A stretch of DNA of 49,857 nt from contig JARQWU010000045.1 of NCBI GenBank assembly GCA_040182905.1, positions 1-49,857 on the forward strand, written 5' to 3'. Below, in pieces: positions 1-10,838 of the stretch; positions within the stretch are counted from its first letter, which is position 1; every line of letters begins with the position of its first letter. Below the pieces are notes generated by a model. That model had not been told where the DNA came from. It saw only the letters and a program-made list of their open reading frames with translations, and made no database searches. Made by a program: the position numbers and the translations under genes. Origin of the DNA: Barthelona sp. PAP020. Its lineage: Eukaryota.

Positions 1-2
1 TG

Positions 3-101
3 ATTGAACAATATCAAAGAAGGTGCGTAGTTAAGTCTCCTGGGTTTATGGTCAAATTTATTTCTGAAGAAGGTATCACCTGTGAAACAATAAAAAAATA
101 A
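3..101 (+). CDS. Probable 3' end of a gene entering from the left edge (..IEQYQRRCVVKSPGFMVKFISEEGITCETIKK*), product unknown
   Basis: Open frame from the window edge to TAA at 99-101, followed by an A/T-rich spacer; no recognisable motif. Confidence 0.35.
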   Translation: MEQYQRRCVVKSPGFMVKFISEEGITCETIKK

Positions 102-194
102 ATGTTGTATGAATAGAAATTGTTTTTTTTTTCCGATTGATATTCCGAAAAATCGAATGTATAACTTGTATATTTCCAATAATCACACATAATA

Positions 195-3100
195 ATGACA
201 AATATTGCCGAAATGAAAACATCCAATTCAAAATATATATCTGTACGATTACCTTCTGCAGATCCAATAGTTTTTGATAATAATTCTGACTTTAGTGATG
301 ATGATATAGAGATTGCAAGGGAGTTTTTTCAGCTTGAGTTCGATAATAAACATGATAAGAAATTTGATTTTGATAAATTAAAAAATTCCAAGCATTTACC
401 AAATATTGACTTACTAAATACACCCAAGAATTCAAAAGGTTCAATGAACGGTCATAAATTGAAAACTCCTACTGTTTCTTCAAATAACACCATTCATAAT
501 TCACCTTTTGATCTCAATATTCAATATGTTGATTTGAAAAGAGCTATATATATAAATGATAACCAAAATATTGAGCAAATTGAACAAAACGTTGATAATT
601 CATTGGGAACTGAAATAGAATCGTCAGAAAATTTTCATTCTCACTCTAAAAATGAGATTGAAAATCAATCTTCAGTCTCTATTGTTCAGATAGGTGATCA
701 TTCAGTTGTTAATACCCCAGATATTGACTTGACAACATTTGAATCCACTCCCAACATCACGAGGGTCTCAAGTCAGTTATTGTATAAAAAGATGCAAAAT
801 AGTCCCACTTTTTTCAACAAGAGTAATTATTCAAAAACAGTTTTAGACACCCCCTATGATATTAAGCAAGGAGAAAATGGACTCACAAAGCAAACTTATG
901 GGTCACAAACATTGGTAAATGGTGAACTGAAAAGTTTTACTGAGGTAAAGAACAAAGTTGAAAAAATTAAGTCGAAACTTTCCAAAATTAATACTCATGG
1001 ACCTAAAATTCACAAGAGTAAAGGTAATCAAGAGATAGAAGATAAGATTGACCAACCAGTTGTAACAAAAAAAGTTAAATCTAAGTCAAGCTCAAAATAT
1101 AAACAAATAGTCAAGCCAAAAGGTGAATTGAATGAATTTCCTAAAAAACCTGTCAAAAAAGATTCTCGATTCAAACAACCCAAAGATTTTAATTCTCAAA
1201 TCAATATTATGAGATATGATTTGCATTCAAACAACAATATCTTGTCTGATGTTTCCAAAGTTGATGTAAATAGAGTGATTTGTGATGCTTTTGGTATTGA
1301 TATTCCGGAAACAGATCTCTTAGGTATGAATTCTATTGATGTGGAGAACACTGAACAATCTTCAGAACCAAAATTGAATTTGAATGATGCGTTGAGAAAT
1401 GCGCGCCGAAATTCTTTGAAAGTTTATTCTGAAGGAGTTGAAAAAGTCTTGAAGTCAATTAAATCTTCATCCAAAATTAATTCAATGCTAGCAGTTACAT
1501 TTCCAAGTGCAAATCTTTCCAATGGTGAAACATTTGAATTGACGAAATTTGCTGTGGGAAAATTAGAAAATTTAAATGAAGATGTTGTATTCATGCCCTT
1601 TAAACAAGAGAGATCTGCATCCACTGAAAAAAAACCCTCAGTTATCATGATAAATCTGAATGCTCAACCCGAATCATTTATCGAAGCTGTAAAAATATCG
1701 AAAAGTTTCAATATTTTCAAAAGTTTTAAAGAAAAACTTGTAAAATTAATCAGAAGGTTTCATCGCTTTTATTTATCGATGTTACAATTGCAAAAGCAAT
1801 TTCAAAATTCTTTTTCTATAAAAAATATTGAAGAGACCCGTAAAAAGAAGTTGCTAAGGATTCTTGCACAGATTCGATCTACTAACAGTTATTTGGAACT
1901 TTATGATGTTATTCTAAAGAACCAAACGTTTTTAGTTCATTCCACTGGGGGTGCATTACACATGCAATTAGTTATTGATTGGATTGAAACAATGAAAAGA
2001 GAACAATTCCAAGTTCATACTCAATCTTATTCTCATGTTCCATATCAGACAATTGATGAAAAAAGCACTTTAAATGCTCAGGCAAATGCAGTAGATTCAC
2101 TTAAGAAAGTTGTGGACTTGTCTAAAATGTCAAAGACTGTTGAATTTGAATTTTATTCAGACTCTATGTCGAAAGGCCAAGAACAGGGTATTAAAACACC
2201 TTTGTTAGAATCTTCAAATACTTCATTATTGTTTAACCAAATAAAGAAAGAAACTTTTTATCCTTCTAATGAAGAAGAAGAATCACAGCAAGGAAATAAT
2301 ATCGACAATCATGATTTACAAGCAAATACAAAGAATCTTAGTGAAATTTCTTTTAATGATACAATACAAGAGGTATTGACTCACATTCAAGCAAAGAAGG
2401 ATGTTTCGACTGATGAATCCATAAAATCCAATGCAAGTCAGTTGTATAAAACTGTTTTACTTCGAAATTTGGATGAAAAATGGTCCATGGGTGTTGAAAT
2501 GTTGATTTCTATATTACGAAGTGAACTTGAAGCGCAAATAGAACGCAGCCGACATATAAGAAGATTTTCTTTTTCATCCCCAAATGTTTTTGATTGTCAA
2601 ATTGACTCTGATCCTTTATTAACATTGAAGAGAGAAGATCTTTTTGATTTGGAAGAAGCAGAACGAAATGAAATGTTTGAGGCAGATATTTTTTCAAAAA
2701 AAAGGGAAGAAAATATGATAATGTATGAGAGAATAAAGTTTTTTAAGGAGAAATTTGAAGAAAATCGGTTGAAAGAAGAAGAAGAATCAAAAGAAAGAAT
2801 CAAGCAATTGTTAATTAAACAAGAGATGCTTACTTCTTCAAAAAGAATTGAAATTGGAAATGTGAAATCATTTTTTACTCGAGAAAAAGAAGCTTTTGTG
2901 GAAAAACAGAAGAAACTACTGAAAGAGCAAGAAGAAATGAAAGAAATTGAAGAATTGCAAGAAAAATTAGCGAAGTTAAAAAATGATGGTTCAAAAGAAG
3001 ATTTAAATAATGATGAACAAGAAGAAGAAGAATCTTTGGTATTGAAACCATTGGATCCAATTACAATTTCATCCACCGAATTAGATGATGATGAAAGGGA

Positions 3101-6100
3101 AGGTTTTGTTGACAGACTAGTAAGAGATGAAGAAAAGATTGATATTAAGTCTTTATCAAGATCTACATCAAAGTCTGAAGAGTTGATTCAAAATCCTCGA
3201 TTGAATAAATCTATCGATACTATGAAGGTTGAGGTAAAAAATAAAAAAGATGAGATATTTGATCTCTCAGTTGATTGGATGAAAGATCCAGACTATAAAA
3301 AATCTGAAAAAGTGTTGCATGACACGATAGGGTCAGTTAAAACAAAAGATTTTGCATTGCCTCAAGCAAAAATCATTGTTGATGCTGATGTTTTGAAAGA
3401 TAACTCAAATATTATATCTAATATTGAAAATGATTCTGAATTGGGCAGTGCAACTGAAATTGATGAATCTGAGACAGAAAATAGCGATTCAAGAGCAGCT
3501 TCAACTTCAGAACTTTCTTATGAATATACTGAAGAGGATATCAATGATATGAATGATATTTTGACACGTTCTTCTTCAGCAACAAGTGTTTTTACTGATA
3601 CTGCATACAATTCAGAAACAGATATTACCTCTGATAACTCTGAACCAAACGATCCAAATAGAAGTATTGGTGTTGAAGATGATCTTGCTGAAACCATGAG
3701 AAAATCCATTGATGATTTGTTAAAAGCTCATAATGTTGAAAGAACCAAGGCAAATAAATCTCCATTGAAAAGAGTTCATACCAACCCAAATTTGGATACT
3801 CTGAAAGTTAGTCGTGATAAAATTGAATCAGATGATGAAAAACTTGTTTCTGGACGGAGTAATTTTTCAAATGATAACAATATTGGGGTAAAGAAAGCTG
3901 ATACGGTTGTAAATAAAGGGAAAAAACAGAATGAAAAGAAACAAAATAAAAATTCATTGATTAAGTCGAAAAAGTCAAAATCAAAATCAAATCAATCCAG
4001 TGATGAAGGAAAGTCAAGTTCGTCAAAGCCTTCCAAATTAAAAGTTAAGGTTAAAACGAAGGGAAAACCCAAATCAATTAATTTACATACTGAAAAGAAT
4101 TTAAATAAGGAAAAGAAACAACAATCCAGTGTGAAATCCAAGACAAATTCAAAATCTATGAAATCTGCTAAACAAAAAAAAACCACAAAACAGAGCAAAT
4201 CCAGTAAATCAAGTAAATCCACAAAATCTGCAAAAGCATCAAAAACCTTATCTTCAAATGGAGAAGAAGAAAAAAAAAGACGTCAAAAAATTATTGAACT
4301 TGCGCAAATTTCTGAAGAAAATTTGGGAGATATTAAGAATATGATGGATGTACTTGCTGAACAGGAAAATAATAGGTTGGAAATTTTGGATTTACAAAGA
4401 CATGAAGAAGTAGAATTTGAATGCAAAGAAAATGTTCTTTTGTTTGAAGAGAATAAATCTCGATTGAATTTTCTTCAAATAGAACATAGAAATTCCATTA
4501 AGAATAAATTAGATCTCAAAAGATATGATAGAGATGCTTCAATATTTGAAAAGACTAATCTTGACGATAACGATAGTATTTTTGACGAATATCCAGCAGA
4601 AAGTGATAAAAATGATGAAGTTGACTCAATTGCGGAACAATTACTTAAATTACAAAAAGAAGCTGAATTAGAGCAATTAAACATTGATACTGATCGTGAA
4701 AAAGCCAAAAATTCAAATGAAAATTCAAAAATTGATTTAGATGATAAAATAGCGGGTTTATTGAAAAATTTGAATAGAAAGCACACTGAAATTGATAACT
4801 CCAAGAAAATAACAAAGACAAAAACAAAAACAAAACCACAACCACCAGATTCAAATAATAATTTGAGTAAAGTTCGAAAAAAACCGAGAAAAATTAATAA
4901 GAATGGAATGGCTCGAACAGAATCAGTTCTTTTTGCCAGAATGGAGACTCCTGTTGAATATGTTTTTGATGAAGATGATAACATTAAAATTCTTGATGAA
5001 GAAACGTCTAAAGAGAAAGAAAAATCTAAAATATCCCCTTTTGATGTTGTAGGTAAACATGGATACACGATTAGACAACTTAGAGAACAACAGCGAATGG
5101 AAGTTATTGAAATATTTTGTATTAAACAGAATTCTCATGAGCTTCATCGGCAAAAAATTGAAACAAAGTTGATGCAAGTTGCTGAAGAGTATTCATCAAG
5201 AATTCAAGCAGAGTTTCAAACGATAAGTGATCAAAATTTCAACAAAAATTATGATGAAACCATAAAAAATTTGTTATTAAATCAGGATAATGATGTTGGC
5301 AAAAATAATTCAACTTCTTGCAAGGATTCTGAAATTCTCAATGTTAATAATGTTGAATTTGGGCCTAATCATCCAACTGAAGATGAATGGACTCTTATGA
5401 AGAATGCTGCAATTCAATTTTATCAAGAAAAAGCAGATATGGAATTAGAGTGGTTCTTTAATGGTGAATATCAAAATAATGTGGAATTTTTGAAATCTCA
5501 AGATAATAGTCGTTTTCGTAAGTTTAATTTGCCCAAAAGCATTACCAAATATTATATTGAATTGGAAAATGGATATCCTGATATCGATGGCACTTGGTGG
5601 ATAGAAGAAGATACTGTTCAAGATCAAGATGTTAAAAATAGGAATATTGAAAATGCATTTATTGTTAAACAGGAGATTTTAGAGCCTGTACTCACATCTT
5701 TTCCTGGTTTAATGACTTTTTGTGGAGCATTGTTGAAATTGAATGGTACTTTTATTGCTGTGACTGATGACAGTTCATTATTGGATGAAGATTATGAAAC
5801 TGATTCTGACAGTTCAAATGATGCAAAAAATTTACAACTTGATAATTTGCATAAAGTTCTTTCTGAACATTCCCCAAACACAACTTTAATAATTGAGGAT
5901 TTGAACAGATTGAATTCTCAAGAAAAGTTCTCCAGCAAAAGTAAACATTTTGAAGAAAACATTCAAGGAATAATTAATTCGACAAATGAACATAAAAATA
6001 AGACAAATATAGTGGTTATTGAGGACAATATGGGTGGTAATAAGATCATAAATAACAGCATTAGCGTTGGTGCAATGGGAGATGATTCAAATTGGACGAT

Positions 6101-7472
6101 TAATGAAGAACAAGAATATATTGAGAATATTGATGAAAATGCTTTGAGGGTTGCTGCTTTAAAAAGGCGTAAAAATTCCAAATCAAATGCCAGTAATCAA
6201 GTAAATCCAGTTGGTTCTACCAGGCGTAGAAGATCCTCATTTAGCATTACTGCAGATAATTCTCATGAATTTTCTTCAAGAATATCAACAATTGTACAAC
6301 AAATTGATTCTAATCGTTCAAATAATGATTTATCACAATCCAATCGTTCTAATGGTTCAGGAATGTCCTTTGATTCTGTGTTTATGTCTGATGATGATGA
6401 TGTTTTTGATGATAATGAACTTAAACATCAAGATTATATAAAACAAAAAAAGAGAAGAGATACTTTAAACGATTTACAGAATTTGGTAAAACAAATGGAT
6501 ACCACTAGATCATATATCAGCGATGCCACTGAATTATTAGCAAGAAACTCGGAAAATACTAGATATAATGCAATTCTTGAAGAAGAAGATGATGATTCAT
6601 CTTTCAATGGTAGAAATAAAAACAATACATCAGATAATAAGAAATTGAAATTCCCAAAACATCTTTTGAAATTATTTGAAGAAACGTCCCCAGACAATCA
6701 ATTTGATCACATGGGTTTTGAAGATGTTCCAAGTATTAACACAACAGATTACAGTAAATCAACGTATAAACGTTTGAAGCAAGCTGTAAAAACAAACATT
6801 CATTTGTATGTTCCTTCTCCTGGAAATTTCTTTGAAAATAAAGCAAAAGAAAGTGTTGAACCAAAATCAGGAGCTACTACAAGCAGATCAATCATTTCTG
6901 ATGATGAAAAGATTGACATAAAAATGAGTTTAGCAAAAATATACGACTTGCCTGAAGGTGAAAAGTCAGATTCTGATCGTGAAGTTGATGAAGCACCATT
7001 TGAACGATTTGTTTCAGAAATAGCTTTAGATCCTATGTTGAGTTTTATGAAAGCTGAAGAAGAACGTGTACACAAAAAAACAGAAGCTTTTGTAAAAAAA
7101 GCTCGTGGACCAATTAAAGATCTCAAAAATAGAAACATTCACAAACGTTCAAAGAAAAATTTATTACCTGATTTTGATTTTGATAATTTATTTTCAACCA
7201 ATAATTCAACATGTGAAGAAAACGAGAATTCACCCATTGTTGATGAAAATGATAGTCCTAATAGTTTGATGAGTTTTGATTCATTTGATAGTTTAAGCAA
7301 TATACCTGCCAACACACCAAGAGACAATGTCAGTTTGGAACAAGTTTTTGACCTTGATAAGAAATTTGATTTGAAAGCCAGCACTTCAAACCTTAAATTA
7401 CCATTTGATTGGACATTACACATAAGAAAAACCCCAATTGTCAAATATAGATTGCCCAAAAACAAAAAATAA
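195..7472 (+). CDS. Large hypothetical protein (2425 aa), low-complexity K/E/S/N-rich with predicted coiled-coil segments
   Basis: 7.3 kb uninterrupted ORF in very AT-rich DNA, so it is coding; no domain recognised. Confidence 0.8.
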   Translation: MTNIAEMKTSNSKYISVRLPSADPIVFDNNSDFSDDDIEIAREFFQLEFDNKHDKKFDFDKLKNSKHLPNIDLLNTPKNSKGSMNGHKLKTPTVSSNNTIHNSPFDLNIQYVDLKRAIYINDNQNIEQIEQNVDNSLGTEIESSENFHSHSKNEIENQSSVSIVQIGDHSVVNTPDIDLTTFESTPNITRVSSQLLYKKMQNSPTFFNKSNYSKTVLDTPYDIKQGENGLTKQTYGSQTLVNGELKSFTEVKNKVEKIKSKLSKINTHGPKIHKSKGNQEIEDKIDQPVVTKKVKSKSSSKYKQIVKPKGELNEFPKKPVKKDSRFKQPKDFNSQINIMRYDLHSNNNILSDVSKVDVNRVICDAFGIDIPETDLLGMNSIDVENTEQSSEPKLNLNDALRNARRNSLKVYSEGVEKVLKSIKSSSKINSMLAVTFPSANLSNGETFELTKFAVGKLENLNEDVVFMPFKQERSASTEKKPSVIMINLNAQPESFIEAVKISKSFNIFKSFKEKLVKLIRRFHRFYLSMLQLQKQFQNSFSIKNIEETRKKKLLRILAQIRSTNSYLELYDVILKNQTFLVHSTGGALHMQLVIDWIETMKREQFQVHTQSYSHVPYQTIDEKSTLNAQANAVDSLKKVVDLSKMSKTVEFEFYSDSMSKGQEQGIKTPLLESSNTSLLFNQIKKETFYPSNEEEESQQGNNIDNHDLQANTKNLSEISFNDTIQEVLTHIQAKKDVSTDESIKSNASQLYKTVLLRNLDEKWSMGVEMLISILRSELEAQIERSRHIRRFSFSSPNVFDCQIDSDPLLTLKREDLFDLEEAERNEMFEADIFSKKREENMIMYERIKFFKEKFEENRLKEEEESKERIKQLLIKQEMLTSSKRIEIGNVKSFFTREKEAFVEKQKKLLKEQEEMKEIEELQEKLAKLKNDGSKEDLNNDEQEEEESLVLKPLDPITISSTELDDDEREGFVDRLVRDEEKIDIKSLSRSTSKSEELIQNPRLNKSIDTMKVEVKNKKDEIFDLSVDWMKDPDYKKSEKVLHDTIGSVKTKDFALPQAKIIVDADVLKDNSNIISNIENDSELGSATEIDESETENSDSRAASTSELSYEYTEEDINDMNDILTRSSSATSVFTDTAYNSETDITSDNSEPNDPNRSIGVEDDLAETMRKSIDDLLKAHNVERTKANKSPLKRVHTNPNLDTLKVSRDKIESDDEKLVSGRSNFSNDNNIGVKKADTVVNKGKKQNEKKQNKNSLIKSKKSKSKSNQSSDEGKSSSSKPSKLKVKVKTKGKPKSINLHTEKNLNKEKKQQSSVKSKTNSKSMKSAKQKKTTKQSKSSKSSKSTKSAKASKTLSSNGEEEKKRRQKIIELAQISEENLGDIKNMMDVLAEQENNRLEILDLQRHEEVEFECKENVLLFEENKSRLNFLQIEHRNSIKNKLDLKRYDRDASIFEKTNLDDNDSIFDEYPAESDKNDEVDSIAEQLLKLQKEAELEQLNIDTDREKAKNSNENSKIDLDDKIAGLLKNLNRKHTEIDNSKKITKTKTKTKPQPPDSNNNLSKVRKKPRKINKNGMARTESVLFARMETPVEYVFDEDDNIKILDEETSKEKEKSKISPFDVVGKHGYTIRQLREQQRMEVIEIFCIKQNSHELHRQKIETKLMQVAEEYSSRIQAEFQTISDQNFNKNYDETIKNLLLNQDNDVGKNNSTSCKDSEILNVNNVEFGPNHPTEDEWTLMKNAAIQFYQEKADMELEWFFNGEYQNNVEFLKSQDNSRFRKFNLPKSITKYYIELENGYPDIDGTWWIEEDTVQDQDVKNRNIENAFIVKQEILEPVLTSFPGLMTFCGALLKLNGTFIAVTDDSSLLDEDYETDSDSSNDAKNLQLDNLHKVLSEHSPNTTLIIEDLNRLNSQEKFSSKSKHFEENIQGIINSTNEHKNKTNIVVIEDNMGGNKIINNSISVGAMGDDSNWTINEEQEYIENIDENALRVAALKRRKNSKSNASNQVNPVGSTRRRRSSFSITADNSHEFSSRISTIVQQIDSNRSNNDLSQSNRSNGSGMSFDSVFMSDDDDVFDDNELKHQDYIKQKKRRDTLNDLQNLVKQMDTTRSYISDATELLARNSENTRYNAILEEEDDDSSFNGRNKNNTSDNKKLKFPKHLLKLFEETSPDNQFDHMGFEDVPSINTTDYSKSTYKRLKQAVKTNIHLYVPSPGNFFENKAKESVEPKSGATTSRSIISDDEKIDIKMSLAKIYDLPEGEKSDSDREVDEAPFERFVSEIALDPMLSFMKAEEERVHKKTEAFVKKARGPIKDLKNRNIHKRSKKNLLPDFDFDNLFSTNNSTCEENENSPIVDENDSPNSLMSFDSFDSLSNIPANTPRDNVSLEQVFDLDKKFDLKASTSNLKLPFDWTLHIRKTPIVKYRLPKNKK

Positions 7473-7584
7473 ATTGTTTTTTTCCCTTTCTATTTTTAAG
7501 CGGTAAATACATAAAAAAGCTCCAAAATAAATAAAAATACATTATAAATTTACAAAAGTTTTTGAAAATAAATGGATCCATTTC

Positions 7585-8069
7585 TTATTGCATCATAAAG
7601 TTTACAAATTCTTCATAATCGATTTCACCATCTTTATTACGGTCAGCGACTTCAATCAATTTATCAGCATCTTCAATAGATAATGGTTCGCCCATTGTTG
7701 TTAAAATGTTCTTTAATTCGTAGGCTGAGATTTTACCGGTTTTATCTTTGTCAAAGAAGCGGAAAGCCTTCTTTAAGTCCTCGGCGGAATCTGCTTCTCT
7801 GACTTTCTTTGCCATCATGGCCAAAAATTCAGAGAATTCAACGGTACCAGAGGCATCGGTGTCAACAGTGTTCATAATTTCAACAAGTTCTCTTTCAGAA
7901 GGATTGTAACCAAGAGAACGCATAATGATGGCGAGTTCTGTTAAATTAATCTTACCATCCATATCTCTATCGAATGTCATGAAAGCTTCACGATATTCAG
8001 CAACTTGCTCGTGTGTTAAATTAGAGGCCTAAAATATTAGTTGAATGAAATAGCTACTTGTTTAACCAT
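7585..8069 (-). CDS. CaM: Calmodulin or calmodulin-like EF-hand protein, ~148 aa; complement(join(7585..8028,8067..8069))
   Basis: Four EF-hand loops (DRDMDGKIN, DTDASGTVE, DKDKTGKIS, DRNKDGEID). The frame extends upstream to ASNLTHEQVAEYREAF, preceded by ...CTAATATTTTAG; ATG at 8069-8067 is followed by GTTAAA, giving a 38-nt intron (8029-8066). An alternative in-frame donor GTAGCT lies 9 nt further in. Confidence 0.9.
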
Positions 8070-8163
8070 TGTAAAATTGAAAAATGGGTTTAAAAAAAAC
8101 TGTGGAAAAACTTTTCAAAGAATTTTCCCCCTTCTATTTTTTTTGAGATTGCCAGTTTTAAAA

Positions 8164-8480
8164 ATGGTATTTTTATGATGACACTGACGCTATACACACC
8201 TGGAACACTGTTTATTTATCGTGTGATTTGTTTGTGTGACTTTTTATCTTTTTCATTTTTGTTTCATTTTCTAACAAATTAGCCTGAAAACACAATTAAA
8301 TACGCCGAAGTTGTCGAAGTTTACAACCGTACCGGTTCTCGTGGTGGTATCACCCAAGTCCGTGTTGCTTTCACTGATGAAGACAGCCGTAGAATTCTCC
8401 GTAATGTCAAGGGACCCGTTCGTAAGGGTGATGTTCTTTGTCTTCTTGAATCCGAACGTGAAGCTCGTAGATTGAGATAA
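8164..8480 (+). CDS. RPS28: 40S ribosomal protein S28 (eS28); join(8164..8166,8283..8480); missed by the ORF track
   Basis: Exon 2 translates as [65 protein letters not shown], with the eS28 signatures [14 protein letters not shown] and [19 protein letters not shown] donor and CTAACAAATTAG acceptor define a 116-nt intron. Confidence 0.95.
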
Positions 8481-8578
8481 GTTTTTATACATTATAGATC
8501 CCGGCAATCGTAGATAAATTTATGTTTATTTCTTTGTTAATAAAAAACGTTCTGATATTTATTGATATATATTGAAGA

Positions 8579-8908
8579 CTATTTCATTTTTGCAACCATG
8601 TTTGATTCTGCAGGTGGTTTTCTGATCCCTGGACCTCGATCAGGGTCGCTTCTCTGAAACATTGGTGCGTATTGCAAAGTCTCTGGAACTCTGATATACT
8701 TGACCTGGCTTCCGGGGATGAATATTCGCTCCAATGCAATCTTCGAACCATCAGGCTTTGATAAAGTGACATTTATCATGTGTAAATTCATGTTATCCTC
8801 TGCCAAAAATAATTTTCCCTCGTATATTTCATCGTTGGTTAATACTACAGACACAATCAAATCTCTCGCCTCATGTAACAACTTTAACGGCGCAGGTAAA
8901 ACATTCAT
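8579..8908 (-). CDS. SmD3: Small nuclear ribonucleoprotein Sm D3
   Basis: PLKLLHEA..., YEGKLFLAEDNMN, IFIPGSQVKYIRVPETLQYAPMF match the SmD3 consensus. Confidence 0.9.
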   Translation of the reverse strand: MNVLPAPLKLLHEARDLIVSVVLTNDEIYEGKLFLAEDNMNLHMINVTLSKPDGSKIALERIFIPGSQVKYIRVPETLQYAPMFQRSDPDRGPGIRKPPAESNMVAKMK

Positions 8909-8946
8909 CGTGCTTCGACACTTGAAAAAACAAAAAATATATTTTA

Positions 8947-10092
8947 TCAGACTAATTGATCCAAATTACTTGGTAGAGGCTTGATAACAGTTCTAAAATG
9001 CCTTTCTGTGGTTTGTACTCTTTCCAAATCGTCAACAAACGAAATTGCCAGTCCGTTGCTGCCAAATCGCCCGGATCTTCCTATTCTGTGTAAATAAGTT
9101 TCGTGGGTGTCCGGATAGTCAAAATTTACAACCAAGGAAACTTGTTGAACATCAATACCTCTTGCAATAAGATTCGTAGCTATCAGCAGACGGATTTCAC
9201 CATCTCTGAACATTTTCATTATATGATTGCGCTCCTCCTGTGGCAGATCTCCGTGGATCGTGCCAACAACGAATCCATTGTTCATCAATTTGTCCATCAA
9301 TTTCTTTGCTCTTTCTTTGGTGTTGACAAACACAACCGCCTGTGCTATGATAATTGACTCATAAATATCCGTCAAAGCCTCAAACTTCCACTCTTCCTTG
9401 ATATTTACATAGTACTGCTGAATTCCCTCCAATGTCAAGTCTTTGTTCTTTACCAAAATTTTCACCGGTTTGTTCAAAATTTGATCGCCTATCTCCAAAA
9501 TTTCGCTGGGCAATGTGGCAGAAACCAACGCGATTTGAACTTTTCGTGGAAGAAGCCTGTATATGTCAAAAAGGCTTTCACGATTTCCCTGCTTCAACAT
9601 TTCATCAGCTTCATCAATGATGAGCAATTTAATGTGATTCGGCTCCAACACATGCATCTTCAGCAATTGCAAAACCCTTCCCGGTGTTCCAGATACTATC
9701 TGAACGCCCTGCTCCAATTTTCGAACTTGTTGTCCAACAGCTACACCACCACTGCAATTTAAAGACTCAACTTGCAACAAATCGCCAAAAATTTGTATGT
9801 TGGAATGAGTTTGCTCCGCTAATTCTCTTGTTGGAGACAATATCAACACCTGCGGTTTCTTTGATGCAGATTCGTAAACTTGCAAAGCGCACAAACAAAA
9901 CATTACGGTCTTACCGGTACCAGCAGCGGCCTGTGCAATGATATCTTTACCGTCAATAATTGGTTTCATAGCTTTCTGTTGGATAGATGAAGGTCTGACA
10001 AAGCCGTACGAAAAAATACCCTTCAACAACTCATCTTTCAATCCAAAGTCCTCAAAACTTAAATATCGCTCCAATTTTTGTTTTTTAACCAT
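8947..10092 (-). CDS. EIF4A3: DEAD-box RNA helicase of the eIF4A family, most like eIF4A-III (DDX48/Fal1)
   Basis: Q motif GFVRPSSIQQ, GTGKT, PTRELA, GTPGRV, DEAD, SAT and ARGIDVQQVSLV; EEWKFEAL and YLHRIGRSGRFG are eIF4A-III-like. Confidence 0.85.
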   Translation of the reverse strand: MVKKQKLERYLSFEDFGLKDELLKGIFSYGFVRPSSIQQKAMKPIIDGKDIIAQAAAGTGKTVMFCLCALQVYESASKKPQVLILSPTRELAEQTHSNIQIFGDLLQVESLNCSGGVAVGQQVRKLEQGVQIVSGTPGRVLQLLKMHVLEPNHIKLLIIDEADEMLKQGNRESLFDIYRLLPRKVQIALVSATLPSEILEIGDQILNKPVKILVKNKDLTLEGIQQYYVNIKEEWKFEALTDIYESIIIAQAVVFVNTKERAKKLMDKLMNNGFVVGTIHGDLPQEERNHIMKMFRDGEIRLLIATNLIARGIDVQQVSLVVNFDYPDTHETYLHRIGRSGRFGSNGLAISFVDDLERVQTTERHFRTVIKPLPSNLDQLV

Positions 10093-10151
10093 TCGATACC
10101 AATAAAAAGAGCAGCCAAGAAAAAAAAAATTATTGAGGACTACATGTACAT

Positions 10152-10838
10152 TTATCGTTTCTTTCTCTGAGAGGATTTAGATTTAGCAGCTTTCTTTGTG
10201 ACGTTTGCAGTTTTTGACACTTTCGGAACCTCTTCATCATCCGCAATTAAGCCGGGTGCCCAATCGTTCAAACTCTGCACATCATTAACCTGCTCATTCA
10301 ATTCTCTTTGCTTTTTTATTCTTCGGTTGGTTTCAAGTAAAGTTGTTGGCAGTTCTTGAATTTTTTCGTTCTTTATTTTGTTGCCATTCTCTTGTGGTAT
10401 CATGAACAGCAATTTATCAGGATCTGTGTTGTCTCTTGTCGGTGACTTAGTTCTGATTTTTCTCCCCATTGAAGTTTCCAGTGAATATTTTGTAGACAAA
10501 GGTGCAGTTCCATGCTTTTTCTTTCCAAAACCATAAAGCCATTCATCCTCAGACCTTTTTTCCTGTAGATGCACTTTTTCGGGTCTTTTTTCTGAAGGAA
10601 TACTGGGTTCTCCAACAATCTTCTTTCCAGTCGCTTTTTCTGGCGCTGGTTTCGCTGTGTTAACCTTTTTCACATAAGGTTTAAACTCTTTTTGCTCATA
10701 CACTGGTGGTGCAATATGTTTTCTCTGTTTTAAAATATGAATATCATCTATTTGTTGGCTTTCAGGAGGTGAAATACGCTTCTTCGATTGAAACTTGAAT
10801 GAAGGTTTGCTTCCCTCAATGTCACCTATCTTGTTCAT
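10152..10838 (-). CDS. Hypothetical basic, likely disordered protein (228 aa)
   Basis: ATG-initiated ORF filling the gap between neighbours; no domain recognised. Confidence 0.65.
   Translation of the reverse strand: MNKIGDIEGSKPSFKFQSKKRISPPESQQIDDIHILKQRKHIAPPVYEQKEFKPYVKKVNTAKPAPEKATGKKIVGEPSIPSEKRPEKVHLQEKRSEDEWLYGFGKKKHGTAPLSTKYSLETSMGRKIRTKSPTRDNTDPDKLLFMIPQENGNKIKNEKIQELPTTLLETNRRIKKQRELNEQVNDVQSLNDWAPGLIADDEEVPKVSKTANVTKKAAKSKSSQRKKR

Noticed and set aside
1424..7465. Many antisense ORFs within long genes (also within GCN1, the kinesin and the ankyrin genes)
   Set aside because: These are expected shadow frames from biased codon usage and repeats, with no independent coding evidence.
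8271..8507. 78-aa minus-strand ORF in the track
   Set aside because: It is the antisense shadow of RPS28 exon 2.
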